64,000 bases of DNA, taken from Caecitellus pseudoparvulus (taxonomy: Eukaryota > Protista > Bigyra: Bicosoecida). Each line of letters opens with the position of its first letter. The stretch's first letter is position 1. Shown piece after piece: positions 22,744-35,691 of the stretch. Where the stretch lies: NCBI GenBank assembly GCA_965644315.1, contig CBFFRQ010000067.1, forward strand, positions 248,001 through 312,000. Reading direction: 5' to 3'. Below the pieces are notes generated by a model, which did not search any database, was not told where the DNA came from, and worked only from the letters and a program-made list of their open reading frames with translations. The translations under genes were made by a program, and so were the position numbers.

Positions 22744-25700
22744 TCACGCCGCGTCCATGTCGATGGTCAGCTCCCCCGTTGCGTCATCCACGAGCAACGG
22801 CAGACGGCGGCCACTGGCATCGAGCACGAACAGCTCCCCCGTGTTCTCGTCCTCAAACACCTCCAAGTCGCCCTCCACGCTGGCCTCGCCGTCCTGGCCC
22901 ACGCTCACCCGCCCTGACGTGCCCAGGCCTTCCAGAGGCACGCTCCGTGCAGGCCCTTGCCCGTCCACACTGGCGGTGGCGCCAGCAAAGACGGCAGCTG
23001 AGTCTGGCCCGCCGCCATGCCATGCTCCGCCCCTGCCGTCCTGTGCCAGGGACGTCGCGCCCTCCACCGTGCTCCACCACTTGGCCTCCATGGCGCGGCG
23101 TTTCTTCGCCGCGAGCAACTCCAACATTGCGCGCTCCTTCTCGTACTCGGCCATGTCCAGCGCCATTTGCTGCCTGAACTTGAAGGTGCGGAAGGTGTCC
23201 CAAATGGCCCGGGCCGCGTAGATGTGGGCGATGCCGTGGCTCGTGCGCTGGACGCCTGACGCGCCGCGAAGCGTCTCCCACCGCTGCGTCACGGAGTGCC
23301 CTGGTGGCAGCTCCATGAGCTCTAGGTCCTCCTCGCTCTGGGCCAGCACCCGCTTGGCTGTGGCGATGGCGACGTCTGAAAAGTGGACGAGGTTCCCGGC
23401 ATACGTGGGAATGTCCATTTCCCGGATGCACCCGACCACCTCCTCCTCCTTCGCTTCGTGGCCGTCGCCGAATCCGAGGGGGGCCGGCAGCAGGCGCAGG
23501 AAGAGGACAAGGCGCTCGGTGGTGATGAACATTGTCGCGTGGGGGTCCAGCTGTGTCCACACCACTGAGAAGCGCTCCAGCTGCTGTTTGTCCAGCCGCG
23601 CATCTTCGTCGGACGTGACGTCAGCAAAGCCCTCCAGAATCACTGCAACGAAAATCTGCAGGGCGACGAACGACACCAGCAGCTCGTAGGTGTAGAAGAA
23701 CGGGACGGCAGCGGGCGTGCCACACCCTGTCGGCGTTTCGTCGTCCCAGCGGGGGTCGGGGTTGCAGTCGCTCTCCACAGCCAAGTCAGCCATGAGCCCG
23801 TTCCAGTTCTCGCCCGTGCTGGCTGAGATGAGTGTGAGCATGCCGTCTGGCCAGGTTCGGAAGTTCGCGTCGGCAGTGTGCACCTCCCCGAACTTGACCA
23901 GTGCGAACAGCTGCAGCCCCATGACGGCGTAGATGAAGAGCAGGAGCAGCAGCAGGCTGGCGACGTTGCCGAGGCTGGGCAGCGTCAGGATGAGCGTGTT
24001 GAACAGCACCCGCAGGGCCTTGGCTGTGTTGATGAGGCGCACGATGCGCAGGACACGGAAGGTACGCACGACTGTGGCGATGGAGCCGACGTCCACTTGC
24101 AGAGTGGCGGTGAGGATGAGGCCGAAGTTGGTGCCGACAACTATCGCGAAATCGAACCTGTTCCAGTTGTCCCGGAAGTAGAAGGACGCGCCCAGGGCGT
24201 AAATCTTGGCAGCCGCTTCCAGGGAAAAGAGCACTGCAAACATGAGGTTTGCGGCGTCCAGGAGCTGCCCGTACTCATCTGGCTGCCCGAAGAACTGCAT
24301 GGCCATGACCACGGTGTTGGTGAGGATGGCGCCCATGATGAAGACGTCGAAGGAGGGCGCCGTGACGACGTCGTACAGGCGGGCAGGCCACTTGCTGCGC
24401 GGGCGCAGCGGTCGCGGCCGGGGGCGCATTTGCTGCAGGAGGGTCTGTGTGCGCACCCACTCCACTTGCGCGGGCGTCAGGAAGAAGTTGTCCGAGCCCT
24501 CCGCACGCAGGCGCGTGAAGGAGTCGATGACCACGCCCACGAACATGTTCAGCAGGAAGAAGCCGCCCAGCACCTGGAAAGCGATGAAAAACGCCACCCA
24601 CGCCGGCTCGTTGTTCTCCACCGGCTGCATGTCCACCCCCCGCGCGTCCACCCCTGCAAGCATGACGTCCACCCACTGCTCCGTCGTGCTCACTTCGAAC
24701 AGGGCCCCCATGGCGTTCAGGGAGTTGTCAAAGTCCTGGGAGCGTGTGCGCTCGAATTCCGCACCCATCCACTCACACACCGCTCGCGACGTCGTGCCAG
24801 CGTACGAGGGGATGGCGCTGGGGTCCACCTGCACCTGCGGATTTGCACCAACAGTCAATGGCGCGTTGGAGCCACTCTGCACGGCTTGCTGGAAGGCCAG
24901 CGCAGCAGAGGCGTTGGGGAACGCTGACTCTGCGTTGCCGCCCCACCACAGCACACGCTGCGTGGGGCTCAGAGTCGAAAACGGCACGGGGTACACGACG
25001 GCAGCCTGCTGTTCTGGGGACATGCCCTCCCACACGTGGCCCTGGCAGGCGTAGAAGGTGCCCTTGAAGTAGGACACGCCCACGACCCCGAAAATGAGGA
25101 AGAACAGCAGGCACACCAGGAGCACGTTGAGGATGGCAGGCACTGCGCGGAAGAGCGAGTTCACCACCAGACGCAGGCCTGGGTTGCGCGAGATGACGCG
25201 AAGGGGGCGCAGAGCGCGCAGAGATCGGAGGGCCCGCAGGCCGCGCAAGTCAGTCAGCCCAGACAGCGTCACAGTTGACAGGGCGATGATGCCAAAGTCC
25301 AGGATGTTCCAACCCGACTTCAGATACGCGCCGGGGCCCAGCAGGAAGCCCTTGGCCAGGATCTTCAACAGCGCTTCTGCGACAAAGGCTGCCGTGAACA
25401 CGACATCCATCACGTACAGCGCCCGTGCCAGCTGGGATGCCGGGTCCAGGAGGGGCGAGTCCACGGCCAGCATGACGCTGGAGATCAGGATGAGCACCAG
25501 GATGACGTTGTCAAAGATGGGCGATGTGACGACGCTGTACGCAGCTCGGCGGACGGCCGACTCGGCGCTGAACAAGCACAAGCTCCTGCCCATCATCGGC
25601 ATGTGTTGGCTTTGCCCATTGCCACCGTCCGTACTTGCCGCGTGTGCGTCAGTGGCCTCAGTGGACGCGTCAGTCGGCTGCAGCAGCCTCGCACAGCAAG

Positions 25701-28700
25701 GCACACGCATGCACGCGGACAGGCACTGGAAGCAGCACAGGTCCACGCCCTGCAGGTGTTTGGGCGCCACACTGCCATGTTGGGGCGAGGGTGGCGCCAC
25801 CACCCCGCCCGCGCTGCTGTCCACGGTGGTGCTTCGAATGGTAGCCCAGGCGCTCTTGCCTGCAGGGCGGGGGCCACCAGCTTTGGCCATGGATGTCACT
25901 TTGAATGCGTGCGCCCCCCCTTCGTCGCTGCTGAGGGGGGTGGTGGGTCCACCGCCCACGGCTCGGCGTCCGCCCACCAGCACCGTCGTGCGAGCAGTCG
26001 GAGACAGGCTGCTGCTTGCGGGCTCTGTGCCGCTGGCGTGAGGCATGGAGGCGGTGCTGCCCGTGCCGCGATGTCCGCTCATGCCCCAGCAACACCAGTC
26101 GAACCAGGTGCAGCAGCAAAACTGCGCCTCGGCAGCAAGCACCTGCCCACTGCTGATGGGCTCTGGGGCGCGGGCTGCTGAGGCGGCTTTCTGCGCAGTG
26201 CTGGCAGTCTTGGCGTCTGTGGGCGACGGTTGGGCGGACTTTCCCACCCCCCACGCCTGTGTGCTGCGGCGGTGTGAGGAGGCGCCACTGGTTTCTGTGG
26301 ACAGCGAGTCACTGCCCACCACGAGCACCTCTGCGTCACTGCCCGCCGGGCGCCAGCCACTGCTCCCCGAGTGCTTCGCATCCATCTGCCAAGCCCCCCG
26401 TCTGCCCCCCTGCCCATCGGTTGCCAGCGGGTTCTGCGCGAACGGCGAGGGGCCGGCTGCGTGGAAACTGCCGCTGGAAAGCGAGGCCGCGGGGGAGCCA
26501 GCTGCAGAGGGCGACACGGGTGCCCACCGCCCAGGCGCAGCTGCCTCCGAGCCACTGCCCCGCTCTTGGCCGGAGCTGAAGGAGCCGCGGCGGCTGGAGC
26601 TGTCGTCGTCGCTGAGCCCGGCAAAGTCGAAGAACGCCGGCTCGGAGCCCGCGCCAGAGCGGGTGGAGGGGTGGGGGCTGATGAGTTGCATGGTGACGGG
26701 GGCTGGCTGACCCGGCCGCCCCCCCGACGGGGAGCCTGGCGGGGAGTGTGGGGACAGTGCCGAGCCGCTGGGCGGCCGTTCCAGGCGGAACGATCGCACG
26801 CGCACCTGGTGCTTGCCGAGAGAGCGAATGCTGCCAGTCGGCGACGGGGGCCGTGCGCTGCCCTGGATGCTGCTTGAGCCAGCGGCGCGTGCCAGGGCGG
26901 CTGCGATGGGGTGCTGCTCGCCTGCCAGACTCATGCTTGCAGAGGCAGCTGACACGTCGCCCATGCTGGGGTGGGGGTATGCTCGCAGGTGGTCAGCGTC
27001 AGAGAGCGAGTCGGCGACGGAATCCACACCAGTGAGGTACGTGGCTGCCTGGTCGTGTTCCGAGTCACTGTGTGGGGCGGCAGGCTGCGCTCCTACTGAC
27101 GCAGTGCGCCCACGTCGAGCTGAGCGCTTCGTCGCACTGCCCGGACCCAGAGCGCTGTCCACCCCCACCGTTCCTCGAGACAGCAGTCGAGGAACGGCCG
27201 AGGTAGCATCGCCCGACGTCCCCGCACTGACGCGCGAGGCAGTAGAGTGCTTCCGTGTGGAAGAGGTGACACCAGAGGCAGCCAGGTTTGCGGAGATTTT
27301 ATCTCGATGGCGAGAAGGCGACAGCAGTGCCAGGGCGCGAATGCTGCCCTTTGACGCGCTCAGAGCCGACGTCAGACTCTGCACCGTGGACCTGTGCTGT
27401 TTGCGGGACATGCCTGCAGTGGACGCCTCACGAACCGCCCGAGTGGCTGACGACAGCGTACTGCGCACAGAAGGCGTGTCGTCGCCCGCCACCACAGCCA
27501 TGACGGGGGGCGCACCTGCTCGGCGCCTGCGACGTGCCGTGTCGTCGGAGCTGTCTCCACTGGGCGGCGGCGGCGGCCCCCCTCGCAGGCGCCGCGACGA
27601 GCGGGAGGCACTGGCGGCCAGGTCGCGCCTGGAGGCATGGCGGTGAGTGCCTCGGCTGCCACGACTCCCTATGCTGCCGGTGCTCGCGAAGCGTTTGTGG
27701 CTGCTGCGTGTACGTGCCAAGCCGGCCACCTGGCTGCGGGAGGTGGGGGACAGGAGTCCCTTGCCTGTGCTGGACAGCACCACGCCAGACTCCTCCAGGT
27801 CAATGTGCCCGTGCGACCGAGACCCGAAGTTGATGCGCCCTGCCGACCGACTGCCGATGCGCCGCATGCGACCGTGCAGTGTGCCACGGTCGTCGTCCGA
27901 ACCGCCGTTGGCGCCGGCCAGACCCCGCAGGGAGCGGCTGCCAATGCGACTGGACCGGGAGCCAATGGACGCCTTGGACCGCCCAGACAGCGGACGTGGC
28001 TGCACCAGGCGGCCCCGAGACAGTGTGCGCTGCAGAGGGCTCTTCCCGAACTCTGCCGTCTTGGCGGGCGAGTCACCGACCCGGGATTTGGACCTGCTCA
28101 GCGCCTGCAGACCGGACATGAGCGTGCGGCCCCCTGGCCCGGCCGCATCACCCCCCTCCGCGGCAGCAGGCCCATCGCTGGCCTTGGGTCGGCCCAGGCT
28201 GGCGACCAGGGCTCGTGTCTGCACACGCGCGAACATGGTGGCACGACGACTCTTCGTGCGCAGTGTCCCCGCAGGTGTCATCTTCATGGGCTTGTCCGGG
28301 GACAGGATGGGCGACCCAGGCGCCTTGGCGTCGTACCCCGCCAACTGACTGGGCAGCTCCCCCGCTGCCACGGCAGCCTTGGCCGCGGCAGTGGCTGCAG
28401 CCACAGCACGCTTCTTCTCCCGCGCGTTCTTGCCAGCGTCTTTCCAGTTGCTGACCATGGCAGCGAGGGTGGCGAGCTTCACCATGGCCTTGTCACGGCG
28501 ATGCACCAGCTCGCTGCGCCGTGCCTCCCACTCCGCCTGCCGCTTGCGCAGGGCGATGCGGGTGGCCTTCAAGCTGCGCACGGCCGTGTCGTCGCGCAGG
28601 CGGTTGACGAGGCTGGTCACAGGCTTCGCGAAGCGCACCTTCATCATGGCGATCATGCGCAGCACCATGAGGTTGCGGGCAGTCACCAGACGCGCCAGGC

Positions 28701-31700
28701 GGGGTTGTCCGTGTGCGCCGCCTGTGCTGCTGAGGTGTGCTGCATCTAGCTTGAAGGCGAGGCCCGCCGTGGGCAGGTCGACGTCCTCGTCAGTGGAGGT
28801 GGCGCCGACGTCGGCACCTTCGAAGTTGCCCAGCAGGATGGCGAGGAAGAGGTTCAGGATGACGAAGTTGCCCAGGACCACGAGAGCCACCATGTACACC
28901 ACCCCCACCACGCCCGTCGCGCGCCAGGCACTGTACATGAGGGATGGCCAGTCTTCCCCCGTCAGCACTTGGAAAATGGCGACAGACGCCCACAGCAGGG
29001 AGTCGAAGTTGGACCGCGGCACGTCAGCGTCGAGGTACCCGTCCTCCCCCATGACGAGGGCGGTGCGGGACTTGGGGTGGAATCGGAAACGGTTTGCGAA
29101 CAGTTGTTCGCCGATGAGGGCAAAAATGAAGATGAACAGCAGCAGCAGGACTGAGAAATTGGCCACGTCGGCCAGTGTCTTGGTCATGGCGTTCAGGAGC
29201 ACACGCAGGGAAGTCCACGAACGCGCGAGCTTGAACACGCGGAAGAGCCGGAACGTGCGCAGGGCTGAGATGCCGCCGCCGCCGTCAGTGTCTGCGCCGC
29301 CTCCCACGAGGAAGGAGGGCGGGCTCAGACCCAGCTCCAGCAGGGACACCAGCACAATGAACGCGTCGAAGATGTTGAAAGCGTCGGAGACGTAGTCTCG
29401 AGGGCCCAGCGCGAACAGCTTCAGGCCCATTTCCACCACGAACACCATGGAAATGGCAAAGTTCGCAATCTCCAGGTTCGTCGCAAGCACCGGTCGCAGC
29501 GGGTACTGGTCCAGTGCCAGCACGACGGTGTTGGCGATGATGAACGCGACGATGGCGCCGTTGAACCACCCTGACGCCACCACACGTTGCACCGCCATGC
29601 GAGCAGCCAGCAGACACCCAGCCTGGGGTGCCTCCCCCCCTGACGCGTCCACAAACTCGTACAAACTGCCCTCTGCGGCGTTCGCCGCCTGCTCCGCCGT
29701 CGAGTACTGCCCGAAGAGGGCGGCTTTTTGCTGCTCCAGGGCTTTCTGCGCAGCGCCCGTGCGCGTGCTCTGGCGTCGCTGGCGGGCCGATGGGGTGAGC
29801 GCACCGCTGCCACGTGGAGTGGGCGGGGCTTGCGGCACCCCGCTTGACGGCGGCCCCTCCGAAGGCGCAGCCTTGCCCCCCCACCCCATCCAGCTCATGA
29901 GTCCCCCTCCTCGCTCGCCATCGCCGTCGCTTGGACTGCCCGGTGCCGTCGCCTTGGCACCATCCTCTGCGCCATCCACCTGCACAGTGGCCAGAGCGGG
30001 GGGGGCGCCTCTCCGCCGCGCAAGCTTGGTCGAACCAGCCCCCGCGCCCTCGCGTGGCTGTGGGGAAGTCGAGCTTGCAGTGGGCGAGGCGGGGTCCCCA
30101 GGCACTGCGGGGCGGTACAAGCTGGCAGGGGAGGCGGCCTCTCCGCCTGCGAGGCGTGTGGAGCCGCCCTTGAGGATGCTGCGCTTGGGCGGGCCACTGG
30201 TCGTGTGATGTGACGGCGAGTGCACCACAGGCTCCGCCACCACGGTGGAGGTGGGGGACACCACACCTGGTGCCACGCTCGCCGCAGATGGCGTTCCCCA
30301 GAAACGCTGCCACAGATTCCGGCGCTGGGGGGTCGCAGCGGACGCGCTGGTGGGTGAGAGGCCCCGCCCCGCCATGGGCACAGCACTGACACTTCCTCGT
30401 CGGCCTGTAAACATGCCTCGCCGAGCACTTTCCGCCCGGGCTGCAAGGGCGCGTTCCGCCGACGCAAGCCCAGGCGGAGGGGCCGCGGGTGACTCCTCCC
30501 CTGAGTCAACTCGCTGTGCACCGTCGCCGGGCCGTGACCCAGGCGGGGTCGGCACGTGCGACGCGCTGCCTGCGACGCTGTCGGGCCCGGATGCCTCGCC
30601 AGGCGCAGAGGCGCCTGCACTGCCGAAGGATGAAGCTGACCGGGTTGACGTGGCGCGGGAGGGCGACCTGCGACCACGCGCGCGACGGCGCCGACGCGTC
30701 CTGCGACGCCTGCGACCCTCGCCGCCCTGCTTCGACCTGGCCTCCTCCTCGTCGCTGGACGACGTCAGGTCGCTGGAGGAGGACGAAGACGTGGCAGGTG
30801 CCTGACTCGGCGCCAGCAAGCCCAGCGCACGGAGGGAGTTGGCCACGAAGCTGTTCTGACGCGACAGGTTGCTTGCCGTGCTGCCGCGGGGTTGTCGCTT
30901 GGCGGGCGGCGGGTGGGGCTGGGGCGCACTAGCCTCCTCGGCAGGCTTGCCCACGGCAGAGGCAGCCGCCAGCCCAATGGAGCCTCGGATGGCGGCCGAC
31001 GCGCTGACACGCCGACGCAGACGCCCAGTGGACGACTTTCGGTGCAACGCCTTGGCTTGCGCTTCCAGCGGCAGCGCCTCTAGCGCGAACACTGTGTCCT
31101 CACCCTCCCCCCCGGCAGCCGCGCCTGCCGCCTCGTCCACCCGGAAGGAGCTGCGTGCCCGGCCCACTGCGCCTGGGCCTGAAAGGGGTGGACTCCGCCC
31201 CGCCCCCTGTCCACCGAGACGCACGTCAGAGGAGGAAAACGTCCTCGCCACGGGCGCCTTGCTGGTCGCAAGTGCCGAGGTGTGCCCGCCGACGTCGATG
31301 GAGCGCTGTGACGAGCTGTGCTGCGACCGCTTCGACCCCTTGCGTGACAGCCTGCTGGTGTGCGAGCGCATGCTGGACTTGGAGACAAGTCGCGCTGCCG
31401 AGCGCGATGTGTGTGGTTTCAGCTGCGCCGGGACAGAGCCGTCAGCTGAGCTGAAGGGGTTGATCACGTCAGCTTCACCGTCCAGTCCGGCGCCCGCCGG
31501 GGTCGCACCAGCCGACCCTTGCCGCTCCCCCACAGGCCCACCCTTGCGATCGCTCGAGTTCGACACGAAACTGCCCTTGCTGGCTCCACGTCGCAGCGAC
31601 CGAGAACGCGACCCGCTGCGCGTCGGCGCATCGCCGCCGCCGAGCAGGCGCGAGCCGAAGCTGCGAATGCTCTGCGCCACCCCGCCCACGATCCCCCGTC

Positions 31701-34700
31701 CGCCCGTTCCGGACTGACTCGTCTGGTCTCGGCGCCTGCCCACTGCCAAGTCGGGATCCGAATCACCGCTCTCTTCGCTGGAAGTGGAGCCGTCAGTGCT
31801 CACGGCGACGATGCCAGCGCCCCCCTGGAAACGGTCCATGGACGAGCCCCGTGTCGAGTGACGCAGCAGAGACTCACCCCGCTTCCGCGGCACGGAGCCT
31901 GCCCTGGCTGAGCTGGCGTGACTGCCAGCTCGAGAGCGTGTGGCAGCTGAGCCGCTGGCCGTGCCGTATGTCCACTCGGAGTCACTGTCGCCCAGCAGGG
32001 AGTCAGAGCGCAGCGAGTCATCATCGGACCAGAACTCCGAGTCACCCGTCATGTACGAGTCACTGTCTGAGTCTTCGTCCCACGCATCGATGTCTTCCAG
32101 CCAGCTCTGCAGGCTGGGCGTGTGGGCGATGGAGGCGGTGGAGGACCCACCGCTGCGTTGACCGGACCCGGCCCCCGACGCACCCTCCTTCGAACCCGCC
32201 GCAGCCATGTGCCGGACGGCGGCGTCGAAGGCCGCGCCCTCCTTCTGGGCCAGGGCCTTGTCGAAGTCCAGCTCCTCGCCACTGGCCCCACTGCCACTGG
32301 CCGTGGAGGGGGGTGCGGCAGCGTCCGCCTTGCCCGCCCCCCACTGCGTGATGTCCACCTCTGTGAGGAGGTCTCGAGAGAGGAGCGATGCCGCGCCCCC
32401 CTCGCCACCCCCCCCATGTGCGTTAAAGGCTGCCAGCGCGGCAGGAGTCAAACCACCGGAGAGACTGGGTGCCTTGGCAGAGCTGCCGCCACCTGACCCG
32501 CCCGCCTTCCGGTTGCCGCCTTTGATGCCCACTGACTCCAGTGAGTCAGCCCCCTCTGGCCCCAGGCCACTGTCCTCGCCCACGCTCACGACGTCTACCA
32601 AGTCCACGCCGCCGCCCACCTGCATGGCAGCGAGCCGCCCCCCCTCATCCGCTTCCTCCGCCATGGGCCCTGTGGGGGGCGAGGGAACTGCCCCTTCCTC
32701 CTCCGCCGCCTTGGGCCGGCGGCGGCGGCGACGACGACGGCGTCGTCCGTGCCTGGCCTCGCGCTCACGCTGCCGCTTGGCTGCTTTGCGGGCGGCCCGC
32801 CGCGCGCGCTTTTCCTCCCTGCGCTGCCGCCGCGCTTCTTTGCGGCGCAGTTGTTCCAGCTTGCGTTCGTGTTCCTCCAGAGCCTGCACTTCCGCCAACC
32901 GCCGGCGCGCGGCGGCTTGGGCCTCCTTTTCCGCCGCATCCTTCGCTGAGAAGGACTCCCACAGCACGGCCAGGGTCAAGTTCAGCATGAAGAAGGCGCC
33001 AAAGAACACCATCAGCGTGAAGATCGTCGCCACAATGATGGGCACGTACGCCCCTTGCAAGTTGTACATCATCTGGCTCCACCCCTCCAGCGTGATGACC
33101 TGCAGAATGCTGAGAAACGCCTGCCCCACCCAGTCGAACCCCGTCAGGTGAAACTGGAACTCTGGCCGGAAGGTGGCCTCCCGCATCACCCGAGCATCAG
33201 AGAAACGCGGGTTGCCCAGCTCGTCGTAGTTGCTGCCGCACACACGCAGGCCGTGCACTGTCACGCGCCCGGCCACGCCCGTCAACGACATTTCCGCCGC
33301 TGTCGCTGCATCTGCAAGGGAGTCGCCTGGCTCAAACGTGCCGAACACAGGCCGCCCATACGGCGACACGTATTCCTGTGCCGCCTCTGCCCCTTGCGCC
33401 TGCGCCACGGCGCTGACGTTGAAGGGGGCGACGAAACTGTCAGCTGCGTCACACCGCCCCTTGCCACCGTTGCCCATGTCACAGGTGAGCACGAGGCTCT
33501 CATCCAACGGCCACGTGCACTGTCGGGGGGTGTGCCAGGGGCTGCTGGACTGTGTCCATCCTGCTTCGTGCAGCGGAATGCCGCCGGCGGAAAACACGCC
33601 CCCGGAACCATCCGCCTCGCCAGCCCCACAGGCAGGGAAGGCCGTTCGATTCTGCAACAGGTGGGCAATGTACGCAACCGCTTGGGGGTACGTGACGTAA
33701 TACGCACGGGCCCCCGTCTCGATATAGTGAATGACGTCTGCGGCGGAAGTGTTGGCGAAGGAGCCTGTCCCCGCCACCGCCTCGGCAACACGGCGCGAGG
33801 GGTGGTCCGTGAACACAGAGTACGGGTGCAGTTGGGGGTTGCCCAGGGTGGGCTGCAGCGCCGTGGCGAGGAAGGAATGCACGAGGTCCCCGGAGGCAGC
33901 AGTGTCGGGCGACGGGCGCTGTGCCGTTGTGGCGGCGCTGGAGTTCGCATCCAATCCCTGCCAGAAGTAAATCTGCTGCTCCCGGAATCGATCCACCGTC
34001 ACGTCGGGTGCGTCGAAGAAACGCTCCGTCGCCTCAAAGTACAGTGGCTGCACGTCACCTGGCGCACCTGGTGGCGGCGTAAGGTGCCAGGCGGGCACGG
34101 CCAGCGGGCGGTCAGTCAACCGGCACCGTGCGTGCAGCAGACCAGCCCACAGCTGCACGCCCAGGATGCCCACGATGGCGAATGCGAAGCCCAGCAGGGC
34201 CAGCACTTGCAGCAGCTTGGGGATGGCGCCGAGCAGCGACGACACCAACACACGCATGCCAGGCAGCACAGTGAGGGAGCGCAGAGGGCGCAGGACACGC
34301 AGTGTGCGCAGCACGGCGATCTGGGGCATGCCGGGGATGGCGCTGACCAGGCCTGACAGCACGACGATGAAGTCCAGCCAGTTCCAGCCGTCGCGCAGGT
34401 ATGCCCCCGTCTCCATCCAGAACCCCATGGCTACCACCTTCATGGCGGCTTCAATGGTGAACAAGACGGTGAACACCACCTCGCTCTCCTCCACCAGCTG
34501 GTTGCGCAGGGAGCGGGAGGGGTCAGGCTCCATCGTCTGTGGGTCCAGCGACTGCAGGCGATAATCCTGCTGTGCCAGTAAGATGCTGTTGGCCACGATG
34601 AGGCACAGGATGACGTTCTCGAACCACCGCCACGTAACCAACCACACCATGGCTTGACGGAAGGGCGACTCTTCCGTGAACAGGAACAGCGACCGAGGAG

Positions 34701-35210
34701 AAAACTGCAGAGGAGGGGGGGTGTGGGGGATTCCAGTCGCTGCGACGGACGAAACGCACGCCTGCAGAGGTCCGCACCCGAAACGTCCGTCCATGCGCGA
34801 CGAAGTTCGTCTCCAAATCGTCCACGCCGAACTGAGACTGGCTTGCCATTCGCACCTGTGTAGCACGAGGGCGGCGGCAGTGACGCCCGCCGCGGAGCTG
34901 GGAAGGGCAGGGGAAACGCCAGGCTCCTCACGTGAGCTCGAACCGCCGCATTCTCGTAGTAGTTCGGCACACGCTTGCCGCCATCGCCATCGATGGAGAC
35001 AGAGCTGTGCTGTGTGAGGGCCGTCGAGCCGATGGAGTGCGTGGAGGCTCCCTTCTTCAGCGGCGCCTGCGAGCTGCCCTGGACTGAATCCGCCCGCCCC
35101 CTCAACGCTGGCCTGCCAGCCTCACGGCGCTGGGAGCTGAGGGTGGAGCTGGGCCCCTCCCCTGCCTGGGCGCCCTGCTGTGCGGAGGCATCCCCAGGCG
35201 ACCCCTGCAT
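22744..35210 (-). CDS. Four-domain voltage-gated cation channel alpha-1 subunit, Cav-type EEEE filter
   Basis: Four 6-TM repeats with S4 segments (LRTLRVLRPLR, LRTFRLFRVFK, LRALRSLRALRPLR, VRTFRVLRIVR); pore loops TLEGW, TGEDW, TTEQW, TGENW; C-terminal LPAPLGFG and IQ-like HIYAARAIWDTFRTFK. Two short predicted 5' introns connect to the ATG at 35210. Confidence 0.93.
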
Positions 35211-35691
35211 CGCAGCAAGGTGGTGGCTTGTCGTGAGAGGAGCGTCAACGGGAGGCGCTCGTCACGCCACCACGTGCGACGTGGCAGCTGGCTCGCTGTG
35301 CGGCCCAAGCCCCTAGCAGAAGGAGTCCTTTGCAAGTCGTGGACTGTGGAAACAGATTGCAACGGCCAGTACTCGAATTTATGGGGGGTGCCTTGCGCGC
35401 AGGTGTCATGGTTTTGCCCATATGGTGAATTTGTGGCCACTGGCCGCCAACCACGGAGCGACCCATTCCCGGCCCACCCACATGATCTCTACACGCCACA
35501 GCTCCCAAACGCCTTTCTTGGATGGATGGGAGGCGCAGGCATGCGGTGTGCAGACTGGCGCGGCTCCAAGAGCCTTCGTTTAGAGTCCACATGAAAGCCT
35601 CACAAACCGCACCTGGGATACACAAAGACTCGCAAAGATCACATACCAAGGAGCCTGCCTGCGACACACAATGCACACTTTACGGGAACTG

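Noticed and set aside
22757-34564. Many overlapping plus-strand ORFs opposite the channel gene (likewise opposite CHD and PP2C)
   Set aside because: Expected in high-GC coding DNA; no recognisable motifs.
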